A DNA stretch of 64,000 nt from an uncultured Gemmatimonadales bacterium (GTDB lineage Bacteria; Gemmatimonadota; Gemmatimonadetes; Longimicrobiales; RSA9), in contig CAWCRS010000007.1 of NCBI GenBank assembly GCA_963798085.1, positions 320,001 to 384,000 on the forward strand, written 5' to 3'. The notes below the pieces were generated by a model. The model worked only from the letters and a program-made list of their open reading frames with translations. It ran no database searches and had not been told where the DNA came from. The position numbers and the translations under genes are program-made. Positions 50,891-60,996 of the stretch are shown here, one piece after another; the stretch's first letter is position 1, and each line of letters starts with the position of its first letter.

Positions 50891-52058
50891 TCACGCGGAA
50901 TAACGGTCGCCGACGGGCACGGGGGAGGGGGTCGACGGCTGTTGCTGCGTCAGGCGGAACGGAACGAGTTCGCCGTACAGCTCGAGATGGCGCTGCACTC
51001 GTCGGTCCAGAGAGAAGGCGACCGCAGTGGCAGCCCGGGCCTCTCGAGAGGCCGGCGCGTGGCGCAGCTCGACCGCGGCCGGAATGGCCTTCGCCATCGC
51101 CGCCGGGTCCTGTGGTGGAACGATGACGCCAGTCAGCGGATCAGTCAGCACATCCGCCACGGCGCCTACGGCCGTTGTCAGGACGGGCCGGTCCGCGCCG
51201 ATCGCCTCGAGCAGCACGTTGGGCAGACCTTCCGTGTGCGATGGAATGACGAGCAGATCGATTTCGCGGTAAAGCGCTGACACGTTGTTAATGGCACCCA
51301 GAAAACGCACGCGGGCACCGAGATCGAGCCGCTCGGCGCGGGCGAGCAGAGCTTCACGCTCCGGCCCGTCGCCGGCGACAAGGGCGGAGAATGAGAAACC
51401 ATCCGCCTGGAGCAAGGCGCAGGCGTCCAGAAAAACGTCTACCCCCTTCTCGGGACTCAGCCGGCCGACGACCCCGAGGACGGGTCTGTGCAGCCCGGCG
51501 GCCGCCGCTGCGGTCGCGGCCGCATCATCGGTCCCGGCGGGACCCGTGTCCGGAAGCACGGCGTTATGAAGGACGCGCACACGGCTGCCGAGAATGGGAG
51601 AGGCACGCCTTCTGGCGGGCGGACATCACCACGACCCGGTCCGCTGACGCGAGCATCCGATGGTCCAGCCAGTGGTAGAAACGGGCCTTCACGTCCTCGT
51701 GCGTTTCGCCGTGAAAGAAGCCGATCCACGGAAGCCGCGAGCCGAAACGACGGAGCAGCCACGCCGCGGCGGTCGCCTTGTAATTGTGGGTCTGGATCAG
51801 GTCAGGCTGAAGCCGTTCGAAGAGCCTGGCCAGGCGCCCTGGCAGGCCTGGGTCGAGCGGACCGCGATCCTCTACGATATGGTGAGGAACGCCGCTGCCG
51901 TCGAGATGCGCGGCGAGTGCAGGCGAAGGGTTCCGCGGCCGGTGCAGAATGACGACATCGAAATCGACACCGGCGCGTATGAGCGCGGCCCCCAGCGCAC
52001 ACAGCTGGCGCCCCGGGCCGGATACATTTTCGCTCGCGATGATCGCGGTAATGCGCAC
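50891..52058 (-). CDS. Glycosyltransferase family 4 (frameshift at ~51594)
   Basis: SGPGRQ, IQTHNYK; VGRLSPEKG, EGLPNVLLEA. Confidence 0.9.
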
Positions 52059-52105
52059 GCTTCTGGTGGTGTGAGGCACGGTGATGGGTCTACAAGCGTC
52101 GCGAG

Positions 52106-52121
52106 TGCAAGAGACACGCCG
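52106..52121 (-). promoter_or_regulatory. Candidate sigma54 promoter
   Basis: Minus strand CGGCGT-GTCTC-TTGCA about 50 nt before the GTG. Confidence 0.5.
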
Positions 52122-52285
52122 CGCTGTGTCGGAGCATGGAGAGTTGCGAAGGCACAGGTCGTGCGCAGAGCCGGGTTGGGCTGCCTTGGCCGCAGGCCAT
52201 CCGAAAAAACTGGGTTCCATTCATTCGCGCAGCGGTTCACGGCGGTGCGCCGGCTCGAACAGCGCAGAAGAGGACAGGCAGGCCG

Positions 52286-53128
52286 ATGGCCATCGCCGCA
52301 CGACTCCGGGATCTCAACTGGCGTGCCTACTGGGCCTGCCAGCGCGCCATTACGCCGGGTCTGCGCTACTCCCAGAACTACTACGAGGATGCGCTGAGGC
52401 GGGCCGTACAGGAAGGCGTAGCCTGGCTGGATGTGGGCTGCGGCAAGCGCATTCTCCCGGAATGGCGACAGGACTCGGAACTGGAGCTGGTGGGCCGCGC
52501 AAAGACACTCGCCGGGCTGGATCCGGACCTGCCGTCGCTCCAGGCAAACAATACCATTCGAATGCGCATCACCGGTTTCGCCGACCGCCTGCCTTTCAGG
52601 CCCGAGACGTTCGACCTCGTCACCGCCAACATGGTCCTTGAGCATGTGCGCGATCCGGCGGACCAGTTCCGCGAGATTCTGCGCGTGCTGCGTCCGGGCG
52701 GGCGGTTCCTCTTTCACACCCCGAACCGGCGCGGCTACACGACGCAGATGGCGATGGTGGCACCAGAGTGGCTGAAGCAGAGCGCCGTCCGCGTACTCGA
52801 GGGACGGCGCAGTGATGACGTATTTCCCACGTTCTATCGCGCCAATACGGACGACCGTATTCGCGACATTGCCGCCTCCGTCGGCTTCGAGACGGAGTCG
52901 ATCGACCATATCCCGACCGCCGCGCAGTTCGCCGTCATTCCGCCGCTTGCGGTCATGGAGCTGCTCTGGATCCGTCAGCTGATGAAGGATCGGTTTGCCC
53001 GGCTCCGGCAGACGCTGGTTGCCTGTCTGCGGAAGCCGGGGCAGGAGGCCAGCCCTTCGTCGGCCACAGAGCAGAGCACTTCCGCGCTTGCTGCGGGCAC
53101 GAACGGGCGCCCATCCGCGGTCCGGTGA
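52286..53128 (+). CDS. Class I SAM-dependent methyltransferase
   Basis: WLDVGCG, LPFRPETFDLV, VLEHV, RVLRPGG. Confidence 0.9.
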   Translation: MAIAARLRDLNWRAYWACQRAITPGLRYSQNYYEDALRRAVQEGVAWLDVGCGKRILPEWRQDSELELVGRAKTLAGLDPDLPSLQANNTIRMRITGFADRLPFRPETFDLVTANMVLEHVRDPADQFREILRVLRPGGRFLFHTPNRRGYTTQMAMVAPEWLKQSAVRVLEGRRSDDVFPTFYRANTDDRIRDIAASVGFETESIDHIPTAAQFAVIPPLAVMELLWIRQLMKDRFARLRQTLVACLRKPGQEASPSSATEQSTSALAAGTNGRPSAVR

Positions 53129-53622
53129 ACCGCGGAAGAGCAGCAGACTGATCCGCGACCCGATTGCCCTCGCCGCCCGGCGCATACCCTTGCTACATCC
53201 TCTGGTTGGGTCCCCCTCCGTGTGCGAAAGCACAGCGGTGGCGATCGAGCATCCCCCGGACAGGCAGAGCGGAGGCAGAGTCGTCGCATAAAGCAGCCAA
53301 AGTGAAGCAGCTGCGCAACGAGCAGCGGCTCGGTGCGGCTATGCCGGCTCAGGGACACGCAGGGGTCGACGCATATTGAAGCTCCGAGCCCGGTTGCAGG
53401 CGGCACGGGCGGCGCGACTTGCATCACGTGTCGACCGGCCGCGACAGGCAGCGGCGCGAGGGGGGCGGCAGGGCGCATTCCGACGGGCCGGTCGGCCCAG
53501 CCTGCGAGGGGATTGCGGGCACGGCTACCGGATCGGCGGGACGGCACAGCCCGTGCTTCGACGACACGCCGGAACCACCGTGGTGGTGGACAACTCAAGC
53601 GGGTCGGTGGCAGGTGGAGAGC

Positions 53623-54999
53623 ATGGAAGACACGCGGCAATGGTGGACGCAGCGGATCGAGAACCGGTCGGCAACGCTGGGTGTGATCGGACTGGGCTAC
53701 GTCGGTCTGCCCCTGGCGGTGGAATTCGCACGCAGCGGATACCGCACGATCGGGTTCGATGTGCGCGCCGACGTGGTGGCGAGTCTCATGGGTGGCGAGA
53801 GCCACATTCTGGACGTGCCGTCGGAGCGTGTGCGCGCCTACATCGGGGAAGGCCTGCTGGCGGCCACGACGGACATGTCCCTGCTGGCAGAATGCGATGC
53901 GGTGGCGATCTGCGTGCCGACGCCACTCAGCAAGACGAAGGATCCGGACCTCTCGTTCGTGCTTGCCGCGACGCATTCGGTGAAGCAGTCGCTGCGCGCC
54001 GGACAGCTGATCGTGCTGGAGAGCACGACCTATCCGGGCACTACGCGCGACGTGCTCCTCCCCGTGCTGGAGGAAACCGGTCTCATCGTGGGCAGCGATT
54101 TCTTCGTGTGCTTCAGTCCGGAGCGCGTGGACCCGGGCAATGCCGTGTGGCAGACGAAGAACACGCCCAAGGTGATCGGCGGTGTGACACTCGAGTGCAC
54201 GGCGGCGGGCGAAGCGCTGTATGCGCGCGTGTTCGACACGGTGGTGCCGGTGGAGAGCGTGGAAGCGGCGGAGCTGGTGAAGGTCTACGAGAACACCTTC
54301 CGCATGATCAACATCGCGCTGGTGAACGAGCTGGCGCAGATGTGCGACCGTCTGGGTGTGGACGTGTGGAACGTGCTCGACGCCGCGGCGACGAAGCCGT
54401 TCGGCTTCATGAAGTTCACGCCGGGTCCCGGCCTGGGCGGGCACTGCATCCCACTGGATCCGCACTATCTGTCCTGGAAGATGCGCACGCTGCAGTTCCG
54501 GGCGCGCATGATTGCCGCCGCGGATGAGATCAACGGCGAGATGCCGGCGTATGTGGTGCGCAAGGTGACGGACGCGTTGAACGATGACAGTCGCTCGCCG
54601 CGCGGCAGCCGCGTGCTGGTGCTGGGCGTGGCGTACAAACGCGATGTTTCGGACCTGCGCGAGAGTCCGGCGCTGGAGATCATGCGGCTGCTGCAGGAGA
54701 AGGGCGTGCAGGTCAGCTTCCACGATCCGTTCTGTCCGGTGATCGAAGACGATGGACACACGACGCTGCGCGGACTGCCCATGCACAGTGTGGAGCTGAC
54801 GGACGAGGCGCTGCGCGACGCGGATGCAGTGGTCGTCGTCGCCGATCACAGTGTCGTCGACTACGACCGTGTGGCGGACCTGGCGCGGCTGGTCGTGGAC
54901 ACCCGCGGCATCATGCGCCGTCACACGGGTCGCGCGCGGCTGGTGGGTCTGTCGACGAGCGCGGTCGACCGCATGGCACCGCCGGTGGGTGCGGACTGA
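53623..54999 (+). CDS. Nucleotide sugar dehydrogenase (UDP-HexNAc 6-dehydrogenase type)
   Basis: GLGYVG, ICVPTP, LESTTYPG, FSPERVDPGN, GGHCIPLDP, DLRESP. Confidence 0.95.
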   Translation: MEDTRQWWTQRIENRSATLGVIGLGYVGLPLAVEFARSGYRTIGFDVRADVVASLMGGESHILDVPSERVRAYIGEGLLAATTDMSLLAECDAVAICVPTPLSKTKDPDLSFVLAATHSVKQSLRAGQLIVLESTTYPGTTRDVLLPVLEETGLIVGSDFFVCFSPERVDPGNAVWQTKNTPKVIGGVTLECTAAGEALYARVFDTVVPVESVEAAELVKVYENTFRMINIALVNELAQMCDRLGVDVWNVLDAAATKPFGFMKFTPGPGLGGHCIPLDPHYLSWKMRTLQFRARMIAAADEINGEMPAYVVRKVTDALNDDSRSPRGSRVLVLGVAYKRDVSDLRESPALEIMRLLQEKGVQVSFHDPFCPVIEDDGHTTLRGLPMHSVELTDEALRDADAVVVVADHSVVDYDRVADLARLVVDTRGIMRRHTGRARLVGLSTSAVDRMAPPVGAD

Positions 55000-56141
55000 T
55001 GCGGGTGCTGGTCGTTGCCGGAGCCCGACCCAATTTCATGAAGGTGGCCCCCGTGCTGCGCGCGTTGCGCGATGCAGGTGATGAGGCGCTGCTCGTGCAC
55101 ACGGGCCAGCACTACGACTACGAGATGTCGGGTGCGTTCTTCCGCGATCTGGAGCTGCCCCAGCCGGCGTACTACCTGAATGTGGGCTCCGCCAGTCACG
55201 CGGTGCAGACGGCGCGCGTAATGGAAGCGTTCGAGCCCGTGCTTCTGGAAACGCGACCCGAGTGGGTGGTGGTGGTGGGCGATGTGAATTCGACGCTGGC
55301 CTGCGCGCTGGTGGCGGCCAAGCTGAAAGAGACGACAGGCAGTCGGATCGCACACGTGGAGGCGGGCCTGCGCAGCCGCGACTGGCGCATGCCGGAGGAA
55401 GTGAACCGTGTGCTGACGGATCAACTGGCGGATCTGCTGCTGCTGCCGAGTCGCGATGCGTCGGAGAATCTGGAAGCGGAGGGCGTCTCACCAGAGCGCA
55501 TCGTCTTCGCCGGCAATGTCATGATCGACACGCTCTTGGCGCAGCTGCCCGCGGCGCGCGCCCTGGGGATGGCGGAGCGCTTCGGGTCGCCGCGGGCATC
55601 GTACGCAGTGGTGACGCTGCACCGGCCGTCGAACGTGGACAATGCCGCGTCACTGGAAGTGATTGTCGAAGCGCTTGGTCAGGTGGCGGCGGAACGTCCG
55701 GTGGTATTTCCGATCCATCCGCGCACGCGCAAGAACGCAGAAGCGTTCGGACTCGGCGAAGCGCTGAGCCGGCTGCGCGCGATCGAGCCACTGGGCTACC
55801 GCGAGATGCTGGGTCTGGTCGATGGCGCGGCGGTGGTGCTCACGGATTCCGGCGGGTTGCAGGAAGAGACGACTGTGCTGGGCGTTCCCTGCGTGACGCT
55901 GCGGGAGCAGACGGAGCGTCCGATCACGATTACCGAAGGGAGCAATCGACTCGCTCCATGGCCGCTCACGGTGGACGGCATCATGCAGACGGTGCACGAA
56001 GCTCTGGCGGACGGCGCGCTGCGGCGACCGGCACCGGAGGGCTGGGACGGCAAGGCGGCGCGGCGAATCGTCGAGGCGCTGCACGCCCATGGCGTCGTGG
56101 ACCGCGCACCCCCGGGCCGGCTCGAGCCGGCGAGGACGTAA
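54999..56141 (+). CDS. wecB: UDP-N-acetylglucosamine 2-epimerase (non-hydrolysing)
   Basis: GARPNFMK, HTGQHYD, HVEAGLRS, TDSGGLQEE, TERP. Confidence 0.95.
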   Translation: MRVLVVAGARPNFMKVAPVLRALRDAGDEALLVHTGQHYDYEMSGAFFRDLELPQPAYYLNVGSASHAVQTARVMEAFEPVLLETRPEWVVVVGDVNSTLACALVAAKLKETTGSRIAHVEAGLRSRDWRMPEEVNRVLTDQLADLLLLPSRDASENLEAEGVSPERIVFAGNVMIDTLLAQLPAARALGMAERFGSPRASYAVVTLHRPSNVDNAASLEVIVEALGQVAAERPVVFPIHPRTRKNAEAFGLGEALSRLRAIEPLGYREMLGLVDGAAVVLTDSGGLQEETTVLGVPCVTLREQTERPITITEGSNRLAPWPLTVDGIMQTVHEALADGALRRPAPEGWDGKAARRIVEALHAHGVVDRAPPGRLEPART

Positions 56142-56176
56142 CGGAGGGGACACTGCAGGAAAGTCGCACGGCTCCA

Positions 56177-57788
56177 ATGAGGGAGCGCGCGCCGGCCGGC
56201 GTCGAGCGCTGGGCCAACGCTGTGCTTGCCGGCCTGGTTGGCCTGCACGTGCTGCTGTGCTGGCTGGCGCGCCGCCCCAGTTTCCTGACAGGCCAGGACA
56301 ATGTCGAGTACACGGTGCTCGGGCAGTCACTGCGCCACGGCGGCTATAACATGCTGTTTCGCGTGGACCACCCGATTCACTCGCAGTATCCGCCGGGCTA
56401 CCCGGCCTTGCTGGCTGTGTGGGGTGGCCTGTTCGGCGATCATTTCCACGCGCTGGTGCTGCTGAGCGTGTTGCTTGCGGGCGCGGGCCTCGTCGTGCTG
56501 TACCTGGCGCTGCGGCCCTCATTCGGCAGTGGTTTCGCGCTGGTTTCCATCGCAATACTGGCGGTGAATCCGGCGCTGATCGAGGCGGGCGGAAAGGTGG
56601 CTTCCGAGCCTGCATACATCCTGCTCTCGCTGCTGGCGCTGCTGCTTTTGATGAAGGAGGACCTGCTCGCGCGCAGAGCAGGGCTTGTGGTGGCCGTGAC
56701 CGTGCTGGCCGCGCTGACACGCAGCATAGGCATCGTGCTGATCACCTCGGTCGCACTGTATCTGGTAATGGAGCGAAGGTGGAAGGTTGTGGCATGGCTG
56801 CTCGTGGCGAGCGCGCTGACGACCGGCGTCTGGCTGACCTGGTCGGCGTTAGCGCCGGAGCAGTACACGGGCATGTCCTACATCGCCGACATGCGCGCCA
56901 TGCGAGGCCCGGGCGGGTTCATCGGAATGCGGCTTTTGCAGCGGGTGAGCCGGCGCATCGTGTGGTACGGCAGCACGGGAGTGCCCTATCAGAATGGCAG
57001 TGCCCACGATTCATGGTACGATCTTCGACAACATCGCCTGGATCGTGGTGCTGGTACCGGGCCTGATCGCGGGGGTTGTCATGCTGTTCCGGCGCTGGCG
57101 GGTCGCCGCGCTGTACGTGGCTCTCTACATGCTCTTTCTGACCATATGGTCGTGGCGCCAGGAGCGGTTCGTGCTGCCGCTGGTGCCGCTGCTCGTGCCG
57201 GCGCTGCTGGTGGGCTGGAGCATGCTCATTTCGCGATACAACAAGTCCGCCGCGCGGCTCGCGGTCGGTGCGCTGGCGGCCTTGCTGGTGCTGGGCGGTC
57301 TGTTGCGCACGGCGCCGGCCGTGGCGGCCGTACGAGGTTGCCACGTCAGGAGCGGCATGCCGCCGGACCGGTGTCTGACGCCGGACCAGGTCAGCTATTT
57401 CCAGGCGCTGCGCTATGTGGATGAGAACCTGCCCAGGGACGCGGTGCTGCTCACCGCGAAGTCGGGCGCGCTGTGGGAGTTCACGGGCCGTCGCTCGATC
57501 TCGTACGGCGGTGCGATGGCTCAAGGTGCGAAGGGGTTCGTGCCGTACCTCCGTCAGCAGGGGGCGGGCTGGATTCTGCTGGCAAGTCTGGAAATGGCGG
57601 AGTACACCCGTCTGTCTCGCGAAATGGAAGCGAACTGCGGTGCGCTCCAGCTGGAGGCTCGCTTTCCCGAGCGGACGTATCTCTTCCGCGTGATGGACGG
57701 AACGGGCGACACGCCCGACTCACCGGCCTGCGCGGCAGTGAAGGCGTATCGGGAAGCGAACGCCAAACACGATTTCTCAGGGGAGTAA
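56177..57788 (+). CDS. GT-C membrane glycosyltransferase (ArnT/PMT-like), frameshift at ~56994
   Basis: DNVEY loop after TM1, YPPGYP, SEPAY, RFVLP; many TM helices and a C-terminal soluble domain. Confidence 0.8.
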
Positions 57789-59800
57789 TGCCGGAACTCG
57801 AGGGAATGCAGGGAAGGGTGGGCGAAGCGCGGGAGGTTCCGCGGGGCGCAGCCACGGCGCGACGCCGCGTGAGGCTGGATGGCAGGCCGACGATCTCGGT
57901 GGTCGTGGCTTCACGCGCTCCGCTCGACGATCTCGACCAGAAGGTTGCGGCGCTGATTCCGGACTGTGGTGATCTGGATGCCGAAATCGTCGTGGCGAGG
58001 GCATGCGATGGCGACGAGCTGCGGTGGTTGAAGTCGCATCACCCGAAGGTGCGCTGGGTGGACTGTCCGGCAGGAAGCTCGCGCTTCGAGCTTCGGGCGG
58101 CAGGCATGGCCGACGCCGAAGGCGATATCGTGACGCTTCTGGATGATGATGCGGCGCTTGCGCCCGGTCGTCTGGATCATCTCAGGACACTGCGCGTGGA
58201 TGAGCCGGCGGAAGTGGCAGGATCGCAGACGCGCGCGGAGATGATCGCGCAGGCCGCCTGGGAAGATGAATGGAACCGCAACTACGAAGGGGCGGAGGAA
58301 GCCCCGCGTCCGCCCGACGTGCGCGCGGTGGATCGTCTCGAGCCGGGTGATCATGTCGTCATCATCGGCGGCGGACCCGGCGGCCTGACACCTGCTTATC
58401 AGCTCGCCAGGCGCGGCGTGCGCGTAACCGTGCTGGAAGCCGACGACATGGTGGGCGGCATCTCGCGCACCGCGCGATACAATGGCTACCGCTTTGATAT
58501 CGGCGGACACCGTTTCTTCACGAAGATCAAGCGCGTCGAGGATTTCTGGAAGGAGATCCTGGGCGACGATTTCATCTCCGTGCCTCGCCTTTCGCGCATT
58601 CATTACGACGGCAAGTTCTTCGACTATCCGCTCAAGGCCAGGAACGCGCTGACCGGGCTGGGCGTGTGGAAGGCGGTCCAGATCGTGGCCAGCTACCTGT
58701 ACGCGCACGTGCGGCCCAGCGCGGAAGAAGACAATCTGGAGCAGTGGGTCACCAACCGCTTCGGGCGCCTGCTTTACGAGATCTTCTTCAAGACGTACAC
58801 GGAGAAGGTGTGGGGTATTCCGTGCACGGAGATCCGCGCCGAGTGGGCAGCGCAGCGCATCCAGAATCTCTCGCTGGCGAAGGCGATTCTCTCCGCGGCG
58901 GCGGTGAATCGCCGGTCGACCAAGATCAAGACGCTGATTCACGAGTTCCAGTATCCCCGCCTGGGCCCCGGGCAAATGTGGGAAGCGTGTCGCGACAAGA
59001 TCGAAGCGTTGGGTGGCCGGGTACTGATGCGGCACAAGGTGACCGGCATCGAAGTGCGCGCGGGGCGTGTGACGGCGGTGACGTGCGCGACGCCCGACGG
59101 GCCCGTGCGCGTTGCCGGTGATCATTTCATTTCGACAATGGCGGTACGCAGCCTGGTACAGGCTCTGGACTGTGACACAGGGGTGCCGCGTGCAGCGCGT
59201 GCGGCTGCGGAGGGTCTCAAGTATCGTGACTTCCTGACGGTCGCGCTGATCCTGGATCGCGAGGACCTGTTCCCGGACAACTGGATCTACATTCACTCGC
59301 CGGGAGTGAAGGTGGGCCGCATCCAGAACTTCAATAACTGGAGCCGTGCGATGGTGCCGGAGCCCGGGCGCACCTGCCTGGGCATGGAATATTTCTGCTT
59401 CGAAGGCGATGGCCTCTGGACCAGCGCGGATCAGGATCTGATCGCACTGGGAGCGGAGGAACTGAAGCAACTCGGTCTGGCGAACGGCGCGAACGTGGTA
59501 GACGGCACGGTGGTCCGCATGCCCAAGGCGTATCCCGTGTACGACTCGGAGTATCGCACGCACCTCGACACGGTGCGCGGCTTCATCGATCTGATTCCGA
59601 ATCTGCATCTCGTGGGCCGCAACGGGATGCACAAGTACAACAACCAGGACCACTCCATGCTGACCGCGATGCTGACGCTGGAGAACATGGACGGCGCGCA
59701 GCACGATGTCTGGGCGGTCAACACGGATTTCGAGTACCACGAGGAGCAGCGCGTGGAGCGCGAACCCGCGGAGCGCGCGACGAGCGGCGTGGCCCGGTAA
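57788..59800 (+). CDS. Fusion of a GT2-like N-terminal domain with an FAD-dependent oxidoreductase
   Basis: ISVVVAS...GDIVTLLDDD N-terminal domain; IIGGGPGGL, FDIGGHRFFTK, GRNGMHKYNNQDHSM. Confidence 0.85.
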   Translation: MPELEGMQGRVGEAREVPRGAATARRRVRLDGRPTISVVVASRAPLDDLDQKVAALIPDCGDLDAEIVVARACDGDELRWLKSHHPKVRWVDCPAGSSRFELRAAGMADAEGDIVTLLDDDAALAPGRLDHLRTLRVDEPAEVAGSQTRAEMIAQAAWEDEWNRNYEGAEEAPRPPDVRAVDRLEPGDHVVIIGGGPGGLTPAYQLARRGVRVTVLEADDMVGGISRTARYNGYRFDIGGHRFFTKIKRVEDFWKEILGDDFISVPRLSRIHYDGKFFDYPLKARNALTGLGVWKAVQIVASYLYAHVRPSAEEDNLEQWVTNRFGRLLYEIFFKTYTEKVWGIPCTEIRAEWAAQRIQNLSLAKAILSAAAVNRRSTKIKTLIHEFQYPRLGPGQMWEACRDKIEALGGRVLMRHKVTGIEVRAGRVTAVTCATPDGPVRVAGDHFISTMAVRSLVQALDCDTGVPRAARAAAEGLKYRDFLTVALILDREDLFPDNWIYIHSPGVKVGRIQNFNNWSRAMVPEPGRTCLGMEYFCFEGDGLWTSADQDLIALGAEELKQLGLANGANVVDGTVVRMPKAYPVYDSEYRTHLDTVRGFIDLIPNLHLVGRNGMHKYNNQDHSMLTAMLTLENMDGAQHDVWAVNTDFEYHEEQRVEREPAERATSGVAR

Positions 59801-59804
59801 CAGC

Positions 59805-60996
59805 TTGCGCATTGGCGTGGATGCGAGCTGCCTGGCGAACGGGCGCGGCTACGGGCGCTTCACGCGGGAGCTGCTGCGCACGATGGTGGCGCGCGCACCG
59901 GAAGAGGAATGGATCTGCTTTGCGGATGCGCGCGCCGCGGCGGCATTCGATATCCAGGCCGGGAATGTCCGGCTGGTCGAAGTAGCGCAGACCGAGTCCC
60001 CCACACAGGCCGCGGCCGCGGACGGTCATCGTTCGCCGGCGGACATGCTGCGCTTCACGCGCGCAGTCTGGCGGGCGCGACCGGATGTGTTCTTCAGCCC
60101 GTCCGTCTACACCTTTTTCCCGTTGCCGCCGCGACTGCCGGCCCTCATGGCCATACACGACGCGATTCCGGAGCGTTTCCCGGAGCTGACGCTGCCCTCG
60201 CGGCGGGCGCGACTGTTCTGGCGTGGCAAAGTGAGTCTGGCGCTGGCGCAGTCGAAGCTTGTGCTGACGGTTTCGGCGTATGCCGCGAGCGAGCTTAACA
60301 CGGTGTTAGGGATCGCCGCGCGCCGCATCCGGGTGGCGCTGCCCGCGCCGTCCGCGGCGTATCATCCCGAGTCTGCCGCCGCGGCGCAGGCGGCGGCGGC
60401 GCGTCAGGGTGTGACCGCGGGTGCGCCGTGGTTCACGTACGTGGGCGGCTTCAACCCGCACAAGCGCGTGGAAGCGATCGTCCGGGCGCACGCCGAGGTG
60501 GTGCGCGAGGGCCGGCACCGCCCGCACCTGCTGCTGGTGGGCAGTCTGACGGAAGATGTGTTCCACAGCGACCTGGCCAGCATCCGCGCGGCCATCGAAG
60601 CGGGCGGCACATTCCGGACTGGTGCACTGGACGGGTTTCCTGCCCGATGAAGAGCTGCGCGCACTGCACGCTGGCGCGACGGCGCTGCTGCTGCTGTCGG
60701 AATCGGAGGGCTTCGGTTTGCCGGCGATGGAGGCGGCCGCGTGCGGAGCGCCTGTCATCGCCACCACGGCCAGTCCGCTGCCACAGCTCCTGCCGGGTGG
60801 CGGGGTGTTCGTGCCACCGGGCGATGCGGCGGCAGCCGCGGCGGCCATGCGCACGCTGCTGGAGGATGCGGGGACGCGGGCACGCATGGGCGAAGCCGCG
60901 CGCCAAGGCGCGAGCGCGCTCCGCTGGGAGGCAGCCGCGGACGTTACTCTGGAAGCGCTGCGGGAAGTGGGTGCAGGCGTGCTGGCGGCGCGATGA
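59805..60996 (+). CDS. Glycosyltransferase family 4 (frameshift at ~60612)
   Basis: RGYGRF, IHDAIP, VGGFNPHK; EGFGLPAMEAAACG in the next frame. Confidence 0.9.

Noticed and set aside
52975..59812. Long antisense ORFs (52975-54924, 57911-59812; also 20896-22590)
   Set aside because: Shadows of well-supported genes on the opposite strand, expected in high-GC DNA; no recognisable motifs.
12303..60996. Split genes (vWA, racemase, tkt, regulator, kinase, GTs) as true pseudogenes or programmed frameshifts
   Set aside because: Single-base indels in otherwise intact genes, no slippery heptamers noticed, and a shared sequence context point to sequencing error.
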